Source: Eledone cirrhosa
Lineage: Eukaryota
DNA length: 64,000 nucleotides
NCBI GenBank assembly: GCA_964016885.1
Contig: OZ024747.1
Location: forward strand, 6,262,001-6,326,000
Reading direction: 5' to 3'
Positions 19,149-35,713 of the stretch are shown here, piece after piece (positions within the stretch are counted from its first letter, which is position 1; each line of letters starts with the position of its first letter). The position numbers were made by a program, and so were the translations under genes. The notes beneath the pieces are model-generated. The model ran no database searches. It had not been told where the DNA came from and saw only the letters and a list, made by a program, of their open reading frames with translations.

Positions 19149-19751
19149 TAAGCTGGTATTTAGAAACAACTGATTATATTGGCACAATGCTAGATTAGGA
19201 AATGGATGTGAAATGATAATGATGAGTGAATAAAATAAAAGTGAATGGTGGGGAGTAAGGTGTTTGATAGACAGGGTAAGAATGGGCGAGAGCTCGCAGT
19301 TTTACTCTTACCTTGTCTATCAATCATAAAGTAATGGATGACACAAACTGACAATATGGAGTAGAGAGTACCTGACAACTTCTCTAATGTTGATGCCATG
19401 ATAAAATGGATCCACTACACTTTGTAAAATGGTTGGCAATTGAATAGAAACAAAAAAGAGTAGCGAGAACTCTTCAGCCTAGTTGAGCATACAACCTCTC
19501 TAAGAGATGTTTTATACTTTTAAGAATATCTTGCTAATGTAATCTTAAAAGTTTGTATATCTTAAACTATGATGTCACTAGTTGATCATTGGTACTCCTA
19601 GTAGTATATTCTAATTTGTGACACTCCAAGTTAATCAGTCACAATCCCAAGTCATATATCATAATCTATGACATTATAGTTGATCTTGGGTTGTTCTAAA
19701 TTATAACCTAATCTCAGACAATCCAAGTTAATATCTTCCAAGTTAGCTGAC

Positions 19752-20168
19752 TTAACCCTTTCATTACTAAAGTTCTATTATAAGACCCACCCTATGATTT
19801 TCAGATAATTTCAAGAGATTTAGTAATACAACTTTCTCATTATTATGCTGGTGTTTGGAACATAAAGGTTCTTACATAAAATTATGGTGACAGGTTTTTA
19901 GATAACTACAAACACTTGAACTCTTTTGTTATCATATTTCTAATCAAAGAATGCCCTATGATTTTGAAATTATTTTGAAATAATAAAAAATGAAAGGATC
20001 TAGTAATATAATGAACTTTCTTATTAAGCTGGTGTTTGAAACATAAGAAAGATTCTTACATAAAATTATGATGGAAGGTTTTTAGATGAATATAAACATT
20101 TTAAAACAAGCAATTTTGTATCATAGAACCAATGGTGGTTTGAGTCAGGTTGGTATAAAAATGGTTAA
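19752..20168 (+). mobile_element. Older TTAACCCTTT-ended MITE (family M2); related pieces at ~13980-14420, 27478-27950, 48700-49110, 60909-61131
   Basis: Shared gatttagtaatataactttctcattattaagctggtgtttggaacataa..ttcttacataaaattatgatggaaggtttt; TTAA-bounded ends. Confidence 0.6.
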
Positions 20169-21738
20169 TCCATGATATTACTAAATTATCTATGGCAGTT
20201 CTGCTTCATATACAATAATCTCTTATATTCTAAATATGTCAGTGGCTGCTCTAAGTCATATACCATAGTCTCTCATTTGATGTAGGGCATCCCCAAATTC
20301 CTATATCATGATGTTTGAAATACCAAGCTAATCTGTGGCTTATTTTCATAAGTTTGTTAATCCTTCAGTATCCTGTCATATAACCAGCTGCACCATAGCT
20401 CCAATATATTACACTGATACACACACAGAAGGTTAATGCCCCAATAAATAAGGAGGTATAATAAGGTTTAAAGACATAGTATATCTAAGACTGTTGGGTT
20501 CATCTTTTTTGAAGATCATGCTATATATTTTTTTATTCTGTTTGGTCATTAATTAGACTGCTGCCATGCTGGAACACCCTATCAACCCCTACAACATATT
20601 TTCAAAACCTGGTATTTATTTTATCAATCCCTATTCGTGAAATCACTAAGTTGCAGGATATAACAGTAGTTATAAACATAGTCATGGAAACACACACAGA
20701 AACATATGTACATATAACAGGCTTCTGCACAGTTTCCATCAACTAAATTTCACCGATACAGCACTGGTCAACCAAAGGTTGCATAGTAGAAGACATTTGA
20801 TTAAAGTGTACACAGTGGGACTCAATCTGAAACCACATGGTTGTTGATGTGAACTTCCTAACTGCATAAACATGCCTGAGTCAATTAAAAGAAAAACTTG
20901 ACATCTTCCAAATTCCCACACTATTTCTATCAAGTTTCTTGAAAATCAAACAAAATACAAGGACATCACCGAGAAAGGAATTATTTTACAGATCATAACA
21001 TCCCCAAGATAAAGCTGAATTTTGTTTTGTACTTAACCTTTTAGATATCAAACCAGCCAAAAACTGACTCTGGTTCTATGAAACAAAAAACCACCAATTT
21101 TAAAGGATTCCTTAAGTTTTTCATAACTGAATTTTAAATTAAATACATTTCAATTAGTTAATTAAGAATTGTTGGAGTTGGTCCAGTAATGCACCAGCTT
21201 CAGCACTCAGCATTAAGAAGGGATGTAGGTAGGTAGGACAAAAAAAAAGCCAAACTTGCTATCTTTAATTGTGTTTGTGCCTACCCTTGCTTATGGTCAT
21301 GAATTTTGGGTAACAATTGGAAAAGTTGCCAAAGTGGGGTTAACCTGAGGGATCTTTGGAGTAATGTTATTCAATAGAGCTCAGAAATCGGGTGTTGCTC
21401 CAAGTACAGTCACTACTTCACCAATCAAGAGATCACAGTTCTGGTACTATGCACGTAGGTTAGAATATCTAAGGAAAGAATCTCTAGACAGATTTTACAG
21501 GCAAAGCCAATTGGTAGAAAACCCAGAGGTAGACCATGAATAAGATTGTTGGATAACACCGATAAGCTTGGGTAATCTTGTTTGGGAATCTAACCAGGTC
21601 AATTGGAGATGGTTACTTGTGGTATGAAAGCTTATGGTAAGTTATTTTAGTTATGAAATAATCAACAGAATTAAGAAGAATGAAACATATGTAAATCAAA
21701 TAATGTATTAATTGTTAAACCTTGGTTTTTATTTGTGT

Positions 21739-21770
<32 letters not shown>

Positions 21771-21978
21771 TTAGAAAGTGAGCAACACAAAATATAACTA
21801 CTCCATTACCAAAGGTTTCTGGATCCCAGACAATATTAATGGTCATGGAGTAGTTATATTTTGTGTTGTTCACTTTCTAATTAAATAGCTCTGTTCTATA
21901 CATAGAGCACTCTTTTTTCCTTTGCTTTTCTTTTGGAATTACCTAACACACACACACATATAAATATATATATATATA

Positions 21979-22057
21979 CAGGGTGTCCCCCAAAAATGTA
22001 TACACACTTTATCAACATTCTAATAAATATATGTATATATTTTTGGGGGGACACCCA

Positions 22058-22058
<1 letters not shown>
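21979..22058. mobile_element. 80-bp Tc1/mariner-type MITE
   Basis: TA-CAGGGTGTCCCCCAAAAAT ... ATTTTTGGGGGGACACCCAG-TA; related half at 27820. Confidence 0.75.
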
Positions 22059-22112
<54 letters not shown>

Positions 22113-22114
<2 letters not shown>

Positions 22115-22283
22115 ATAAGTTTATCCTGGGTTCAGTCGGGGGTAACCACAGTAAGTAAGGTGCTCAATACATAGCAAAGTATAAATGGCTAATATAGAAA
22201 TGGCTTCTACAGGACTAGAACCGTTTCATTCAGGAGAAATCATCAGGGCTTCCTGATGATTTCTCCTGAATGAAACAGTTCTA
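22113..22283 (-). mobile_element. Penelope-like terminal-repeat fragment with a foldback-duplicated hammerhead core
   Basis: Minus strand CTGATGA-TTTCTCCTGAAT-GAAACGGTTCTAGTCCTGTA-GAAGCC, then tail gtattgagcaccttacttactgtggtta; 32-bp inverted arms 22216-22247/22252-22283; lies in (TA)n. Confidence 0.6.
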
Positions 22284-22338
22284 TATTAAATATATATATA
22301 TAGTATAAACAAAAACGAAAAATCAGTGAACGAATTGC

Positions 22339-22437
22339 CCGTGTCCGAAGGAACCTGCAGCCGTAGAATCAGCCAGATCCATACAGGGACCACGTCTCGA
22401 GCTACCTGCCGGCGAAACAATTGTAACACGGAATAAA
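22339..22437 (+). ncRNA. Hammerhead-like motif with variant core (CCGAAGG)
   Basis: Stem I CCGTGT/ACACGG; CCGAAGG in place of CTGANGA; GCCG/CGGC; GAAA-C-AATT-G-TA; AATAAA immediately after. Confidence 0.6.
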
Positions 22438-22556
22438 CTGGGTCCAGATGCATCACTGACTTTTCGCTTTTTTTATACTATTCACACTCTGCTCTGTATG
22501 AATATTGAGTGCTAATTTTGGCATACCGCCTATGGAAGCACCATAGCTACCATTAT

Positions 22557-22590
<34 letters not shown>

Positions 22591-22918
22591 CACATATATG
22601 TGAGTGTATGTGTGAATCTATACACATATATGGACACACAAGGTTGATCAAGACATCATAGGTTCGAACCTTATTCAATCTATATTATTCCTAGCACTGA
22701 TCCATGTCTATGGGTCATTGAGAACATTAGAGAATGTGACACAAAAGAGCTGTGACTTTGTTAGTTTAGTAGCCGGATGGTTAAATAACCATCCGGCTAC
22801 TAAACTAATAAAAAAAATGGATTGGTTATATGACTAATAATAAAATTGAAGTGAAACTTAAATGGTGTATGTTTTTTAATTGGTAGCATGACCCACCATT
22901 TTGGTCTTGTGTATTATC

Positions 22919-22968
<50 letters not shown>

Positions 22969-23312
22969 TGTTTCTACTTTTGGCACAAGGCCAGCAATTA
23001 TCCCAGTGCATAACTAATAAAGTACCAGTAATACACTGGGATATTTGCTGGCCTTGTGCCAAAAGTAGAAACAATTATATGTATATATATATATATATAC
23101 ACACACACTGATATATACACACACACATACACATATAAGTATACACCTACACAACTATACACACACATACACATAAGTATACACCTACACAACTATATGG
23201 AAGAATGACCAACTCACATCGTCTGTACAGTAGGTGTGGAACTGGTTTGGAACTGGCTTTTTATGTGTTGTGTACTGACCTATAAAGGTTACATTTGTGT
23301 ATGTGTGCATAT

Positions 23313-23345
<33 letters not shown>

Positions 23346-23457
23346 GATATATATATATATAGCCCACACACTCATACACATCCAAGTATGGAGTTAAGTA
23401 TGAGTATAATACTCAAATGCGTATGTATGTGTTTATATATGTATGTGTGTGTCTGTT

Positions 23458-23525
<68 letters not shown>

Positions 23526-23614
23526 TATATATATATATATATAAATAAATATATATATTTGTGTGTTTATATATATATATATATAAATAAATATATATAT
23601 TTGTGTGTTTTTAT

Positions 23615-23646
<32 letters not shown>

Positions 23647-24049
23647 TTGTGTGTTTATATATATATACATATATATACACACACACACACTCCCCTACAA
23701 TACACAAGCATATATACAAATGTATATAAAGATTAACAAAACTAATATCAGATTATTTGTAGCTGTTTAACCCCACCCATAACCCCCGACGCCCTCACCC
23801 ACATACCCCAAGACCCCCCACCCACACTATTGTACAATGATGCTGTTCTAACAACCTGCACCACCTACCTTTTTGTCATCAATACCATATTTGGGCATGA
23901 ACAATGGTGTAACAAAACAAAAAGACAAAACAAATTGTCTGTGACATCACAAAATACCCGAGGGTGGGTGATAATGACATGGTAGAGTGCTCAATGACGT
24001 GTCTTCCTGTAGTTCAATCAGCTGAACATCCAGCTCATGAATTACCACT

Positions 24050-24402
24050 GGCTGAGTATTCCACAGACAAATGTCACTTTAGTGTAATTCCCAGGCACAA
24101 TCAACATAACACACTATGTGACAAGGTTGGGCCTTTGTATTACAGGTACAATCCATCTTGTCTTATAGAGTATATGGCTGAGTATTCCATAGACACGTGT
24201 GCCCTTAAAGTAATTCTCAGGGAGATACAACACTATGTGACAAGGTTGGGCCTTTGTATTACAAGTACAATCCATCTTGCAATATAGTGTATATAGCTGA
24301 GTATTCCACAGACATGTGTGCCCATAACAATTCTCAGGGAAAATCTTCATGACACAATATGTGACAAGGCTGGATTATTGAATTACATGTACAATCCATC
24401 TG
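24050..24402. repeat. Three ~120-bp tandem units; the same unit recurs at 63760-64000
   Basis: gctgagtattccacagac...tgtgacaagg...ttacaggtacaatccatct repeated. Confidence 0.85.
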
Positions 24403-24600
24403 ACAGGCTTCTATACAGTTTCTGTTTACCAACCTTCACTCACAAAGATTGTGTTCACCTGAAGTTAAGGGAAAAGATGCCACACAGTGGGATTGAACCT
24501 GGGACCTAATGATTGAGAAACAAACTTTAAATACCCAGCCATGCCTGTTGTGTTCACAGTTGCTAAATACATGACAGCTAACTCACCGCATCTATTGTCT

Positions 24601-24821
24601 TTAACCCTTTAACATTTACATTACTCTATATTTACTGTACTTTCAGAGTAAAGGTTTTACCTCACATATCTCACATAATACCGAATCTATGAGATTTTGA
24701 TATTATTTATTTTGAGAACAATACCTTAACATCAGTATGAGTGGCTGATTACAGCTGGTTTGAACAGAAAGACGTGAGAGAATTCTGGCCAGTTATGGTC
24801 AGTTTAAAGTTAAAGGGTTAA
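24601..24821 (-). mobile_element. MITE M1, the only reverse-oriented copy seen
   Basis: TTAACCCTTTAAC...GTTAAAGGGTTAA; interior is the reverse complement of 43083-43311. Confidence 0.8.
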
Positions 24822-25016
24822 ACTGGAGATCAGACGAGCCAATCTGATTAAGCCGTGCCTATTTCAGCACATCCCTCTTTTTAGCCTTCAATGAAGCAAC
24901 ATCTGATGTAAAGGACATGAGAGGATATGATACAATATGGCTGTTATTGTTGCTGCAGCAATTATCCTTGTTGCAACCCCTTACAATATTTCCAATGAAA
25001 GACTACCTATGATTTG

Positions 25017-25238
25017 GGCAGTGGATTGGCAGTATCGGTAGAGTGTCAGACACCATGCTTTGCAGCATAGAGTTATGGCCCTTTATGTTCTGAATTCAAA
25101 TCCTACCAAGGTTAGCTTTGCCTTCCATCCTTACAAGGTCGATAAAATAAAGTACCAGTAATGCACTGGGGTTGGTTTAATCAACTCTCCCCTCTCCCAA
25201 AATCGTTGGCCTTGTGCCTTAATCAGAAACCCTTATTT
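25017..25238 (+). mobile_element. SINE family A (long variant)
   Basis: Match to 18925-19148. Confidence 0.8.
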
Positions 25239-26694
25239 TACAAGACAATCTGTAAAGTCACAGCAATGTTGATGGTTTTGACAAGGTTTCAGGTTTGAGG
25301 AAATGGAGATAAATGAGGAGGGCGGGGCTGGGGGGTATTATGGTTTTTTAGGGGGTTGATGTTGAGTGGGAATTCTTAGTTATTGGTTGGAATAAGAGTA
25401 AAGTCCATAATAGATATTTCCATGGTAACAAACATAACATTGGACATCTTCCATCATATTGTACACTAGTGTGTTGTATAGGGGTGGAAGGTGGGGCGAT
25501 ACCTACCCAGGGGTGTGAAGAAGAATGGCAGATTCTGAAATACATGCAAGTATATATGTTATATATACACATACAACACACACACAACACACACACACAC
25601 ACTATATTATATATATACTCATACAACACATATACCAGTAGGTTGAAACTACACATACTCATACAACATAGACAAACACACACAAATATGTTACATATAC
25701 ACTAGTATATAATATACATATACACATTCTTATACAACATACATATACACACACACATTCTTATACAACACATACAAAGCTTGCACTCCCCTCTTTTACT
25801 GCTTAACATGTACACACACACATTTCCCAATCACATGCACTCCCCTCTTTTACTGCTTAACATGTACACACACATTTCCCAAGACACATACACACTCTTT
25901 ACAACATATCCAATTCCTCTCACGCACATACATTCTTTTTTCTTAACATACACACACCTCACAACAGACATATACATATACAAGTATATCGTTTTCTCAA
26001 CTCACAAACACACACACACACTTATTCAACTCACACTTCACCTTCTCGTAAACAGTATTGCTCACATTTTCTGTCCACAACACACACATATACACACACG
26101 TTTTATAATCGAAAATTGATACACACATGCACACACAAACTGATATATTAAAATATTAAAAAGATTGCATTTCTACATAACACCATCATCACCACTAAAC
26201 AAATCAAACCTTCCAACAGAGGTACAGTCCATTATTCAGAGGAGGGTATATCCAGTATTACAAAGGTAAAGTCCACTGTTTTCCAGGTAAATCCAGTGTT
26301 TTTAATGAAGGTTGAGTCCATTATTTTGTAATGGGTAAATAAATCCATAATTTTATACAGGTAAAAAGTTGGTTGTATAACAATAGTAATAGCAGTAGTA
26401 GTAGTAGTGCATTCAACATTTATGTAGGCAAGTCCATTCATTATAGCAGGGGGTAAATCCATGATTTGTACATGTGAAGATCAAAATTGTACAATGGTAC
26501 ATCCAGATGTTATATGGGCAAGTCCATTGTTCTGCACGGGTAAATCCATTACAGAGATTATATAAGTCCATCTGGGTAGATCCATTTTTTTCTTTTTCTT
26601 TAGGAAGTGATGAATTATTGGTTAAGGTAAATCCAAGATGCTTACACTCCACCACTCTCTCCTTGTATGCACATATGATTTTATTTATATATAC

Positions 26695-26742
<48 letters not shown>

Positions 26743-29358
26743 GTCATCCTTTTATGTCTGTTTTCAATGCTTGCATGGGTTAGCCGAATTGTCATGGTTC
26801 GAGAATGGACAACACCCTATTTTGTTCATATCTTCCATTATTAACATTATTTCTATAGTTGGATGCCCTTCCTAATACAGTATACTGTAAAGCACACACA
26901 CAATGTTCTTCAACATAGTGTTGTTATTTTCCAATATCATTTTTTCTTTCCATATTTCATTGGTAAATGTCTTTCCTTGTCTTATACAGTGTTTATATGT
27001 TATTCGTTATTGCATTGTATAATATTTTTACACTTTATGCAAGAACAGTTTCGATATTTTCCAATGTAGAATTATTATTATTATTATTTGTAGTGCCAGA
27101 TAAAAAACAATGTCTTGCAGTATTTTGTTATTATGGCCTTTTAACATTTTTAATTGAAATACCTGCCATTGAATGTTAACTTTTACCTTCCATCACTCAA
27201 GTAATATCACATATAAAATAAGTACCAGTAATACACTGGTAATTAATCCAATGAACTATTATACTCTTTCCTTCCCTTATACATTTTCAGACTTGTTCCA
27301 GAGTAAGAAAACATCATTAGTACCACCACCATCAGCTTCACCACCATATTATTAATCAATATGAATCTTACTATGAACAATAGCATACAAAACTAACTTG
27401 ATATCTGTACTCAGATAATTTAAACCACGGTCAATTATTCTTTTAAGTTTTGAAACTCACCTTTCTCTAGTCAACACAATCTTTTGTTACCATATTTCTA
27501 ATGAAAGACCCTGCCAATAGCTTTGAAATAATTTTGAGGGATTTACTAATATAACTAACTTTCTTATTATTAAGGTGATGTTAGGAACATAACTTTACTC
27601 AGGTTCTTATATAAAATTATGATGTAAAGTTTTTAGATAAATACAAACACTTATTACCATATTTCTAATGAAAAACACTGCTTGTAATTTTCAAATCATT
27701 TTGGAAATCAAAAATTTGAAAGGATTTAGGAATATAACAAACTTTCTCATATTAAGTTGTAAAGTAACAAACATTCTTACATAAAATTATGATGAAATAT
27801 TTTTAAATAACTATAAATACAGGGTGTTCCGAAAAAATTTATACACACTTCAACAGCATTCTATAAATATTGCTTGTACAGGTAATCAAAGTGTATGTTA
27901 AAATAGAACCATGGTGGTGGTTTTCATGTGATTTGGTATTAAAAGAGTTCATCTTTCTTTATTGACTTCCTTTTTTGTTTTGTTTTGTTTTGTTTTTGCC
28001 AATTGTCAACAAGTTTCCTAAGACACCATTTCTTTTTTTTTTTTCCAGCTTTTATTCTGCTGGGAAGAAACTGGTACCAGTAATGTACTGATGTCAATTT
28101 AACTGACCACACACAGACCTTTGTTTAAAGCAACAGCTATTGTGCCTTACACATTTTTATTTATTTTTTCATTTTGATTGTATAAATTGTTTACTAAAAA
28201 TACATAATAAAAATTACAATTTGAAACGAGAAAAAAAATTGTTGTCAATCTATAAAGTATAAATATATATCTTTGGTATTATATTGATTATTAATATTAT
28301 CACTATTGTGGTAGTGGTGGTGGTAGTGATGATGGCAGCAGTGGTGGTGATAGTAATGGTGGTGGCAGCAGTGGTAGTGACTATAATGGTGATGTGTTGG
28401 TATTAGTAATAGCAGGATATGAAATAAAATATAAAACTGAATCCAAATCCATGGATTAGCTCTGTTTTTCTTTCTTGTCAATAGGTGACATCAAATAATA
28501 ATAATAACAACAATGACAACAACAACAACAATAATAATAATGATAATAATAACTTTGCTGAAAAAGAGATGTAAATAAATGATGAAAATATGAGACTTGA
28601 AACTGAAACCTCCTCCTCCAAATGTGGAATCTACAAACCACAATAAAGATAGACATCATCAATCATCAAAGAACCCAATAGACATTTGAAGATGTCACCA
28701 TGACATATCAATTGAGCCCTAACAACAACAACAACAACAACAACAACAACCAATAGTTAACAACAAAAGTTCACAACAGAATTGGAAGGCCTGCTATATA
28801 GAAAAAGACTACTTTACATTCTTAGTAAAAGACACCTCTTCATTTGAACACTATCTGACCAATGTCACTTCATTTATTATCCAAAAAATACTTAAAACTT
28901 AGTTGCCTGACCACCCAGAAAATTTGTGGAAAACAACAACCAAAATATCAGATAACAAGAAGAGAACAGAATCTGCAAGACTTTAAGACCATTTAAAATC
29001 AAAACTGAAAAATAGTTTAACAACAATAGAAAAGTTACAAGAAATACGAACTAAAGTTCAAAAAATCAGAAGCTATAGAAAAAGTAACATCACTTACTAA
29101 ACAAGCCAAACTATTTACAGCAGTGATAAGGATTATTGTTGTTGTGGTTGTATTTCTGATTAGACAGGAAGCTAATTATAGAGAGGAAAGAGAGAGGAGT
29201 CTTGTGTCAGCAACTACCACACTAACAATGACAAAGATGACAAAGAGGATGATGATGATGATGTCAGTGTTACTACATGCACAACAATACACAAAATAAT
29301 TGCTATATGATCACTGAAAAAAAAAGAAAAGGTCATTTTTTAATCTGGTTTATGATTA

Positions 29359-29393
<35 letters not shown>

Positions 29394-29554
29394 GTATAAC
29401 AACAAACAAAAGAAATCACATTTGTATTCTGAAAATAACCAAAGTATGAAGGAAGAGGAAAGGGGGAGGGCAAGTGTTGGGAGTGGGGTGGGCTAGCATA
29501 TGTCAGTCATGGGAGGGGGAGTCAGTCAATTTAAACAATAAACAGATAAATTAT

Positions 29555-33735
<4,181 letters not shown>

Positions 33736-33923
33736 TACTCGTATAAAGTCATATCACCATTGTGTTTTTCCTTTCGTTATATAATATTTCAAGCCAATAT
33801 CAAAGAAGGCTTCATAGATAAACCACATATGGGTCCTCACACCAGATTCTTTTCAGTAAAAACCTACGACTTGTCTACGAGGATATTATGTGTATGTGTG
33901 TATATAAGGTCTGTGCTTGTATG

Positions 33924-33963
<40 letters not shown>

Positions 33964-34701
33964 TGTTTGGGTTATTAAGTGACAAATAACAACAAAGATT
34001 TACTCGTTGTAGAGTCAAATTTATTATACATAGGGTTACCTCTTGTAGCTTATTGAAACAGTGAGTAAAATACAGTATGTATGTATACATTATATAAACA
34101 TATATTTTCATGTGTGTGTGTAAACGTATTTGCATATGTATTTAAACATTTAACCCTTTAGCATTCAAACCGGCCGTATTCGTCCAGAATTCCCTCATCT
34201 CTTTCTGTTCAAACTGGCCACTCATACTGATGTTAAGGTATTGTTCTCAAAATAAATAATATCAGAATCTTAGATTTGATATTATGTGAGATAATACAAT
34301 AGTATATATAGAGTAATGTAAATGTTAAAGGGTTAAGTGTACCTGTGCATACGTGTGTGTATTTTAACAGGCATAGTTGGTTAATAAATGATAAATTTGC
34401 TTCACAATCATAAATAAAAGATACCAAGTTCAATCTCGGCCAAGGTATCTTGGATAATAAGTCTGAGCTCAACCCAAACCTTCTAAATAAAATTAGGCAG
34501 ACAGAAATTACTAAAGTGTGTACCTGTAATTCAATGGGCCAGCCTTATTACATACTATCCTACACTGATTCTTCTTGGGTAATACATTTAACCCTTTCAT
34601 TATCAAATTTCTTATGAAAGATGCTGCCAATCATTTTCAAATAATTTTGAAAATTATCAAGAATTTCTTGAGAATTAACTTTCTCATTATTAGAGTATGT
34701 A

Positions 34702-34888
34702 GAGCGGTGAATTGGCAGTATCGGTAGAGGGTCAGACGCTATGCTTTGCAGCATAGAGTTATGTCCCTTTACGGTCTCAGTTCAAATCCCGCCGAGGTTA
34801 ACTGCCTTTCATCCCTATGGGGGTGGTTAAAATAAAGTACCAGTAATGCACTGGGGTAATTGCTGGCCTTGTGCCTAAAGTAGAAACA
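34702..34888 (+). mobile_element. SINE family A with 16-bp target-site duplication
   Basis: attattagagtatgta at 34686-34701 and 34889-34904. Confidence 0.9.
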
Positions 34889-35470
34889 ATTATTAGAGTA
34901 TGTACGCGTATCGTAGGAGGCAACTAAAAGCGTTTATATCTATCTGGTTTAGACTAGTTACACTGTAAACTTATGTCATAAGAGGTGACTAAATGGGTTA
35001 GCACCAGGAAGGGCATCCATTTGTGCTTTGTTGTTGTTTTGTTCTTGTACAAAACTGGATATATTGGTAAATATACACAAATAGATATCTATAGATTGAC
35101 AGTCATGTAGACAGAGATGTAGGTAAGTGGATAGATAGATAGGTAGATAGACAGTTAAGTTAATAGATAGGTGTTATTTTTATTGTCCAAAGATAGATGG
35201 ACAGTAATTTCTTGACCATTGACATGTTTGTCATCACAGAGAAAAGAGGGAGGAAGATATCAAATTACTATTTCCCAAACAAATCTGACACAAAGTGATT
35301 GACACATGGCACATGTGTTTTATATATTTATATATATATATATATATATAAACATACTGACAATGTGAAATAAATACACAGTGTAAAATATATTAGTAGC
35401 ATATCCTGATCATATCATAGATACATCCAATATCAGTACATATACATTCAGACATACATACACACAAATG

Positions 35471-35545
<75 letters not shown>

Positions 35546-35546
<1 letters not shown>

Positions 35547-35713
35547 TGTATATGTCGGCATACAAGTGGATCTGGTACATAGGTCGACCCTTAAAATTCT
35601 AAGGTGTAGTTCAGATGAAGCAGCACATTTTATATTTGGCGGATAAGCTGCCCCCTGGTTTTGGAGAGATATTTTAAGGCTCCAAATGTCGACTTGTACA
35701 CTGACATATACAG
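35546..35713. mobile_element. pogo/Tigger-like MITE
   Basis: TA-CTGTATATGTCGGCATACAAGT ... ACTTGTACACTGACATATACAG-TA imperfect terminal inverted repeats. Confidence 0.65.
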
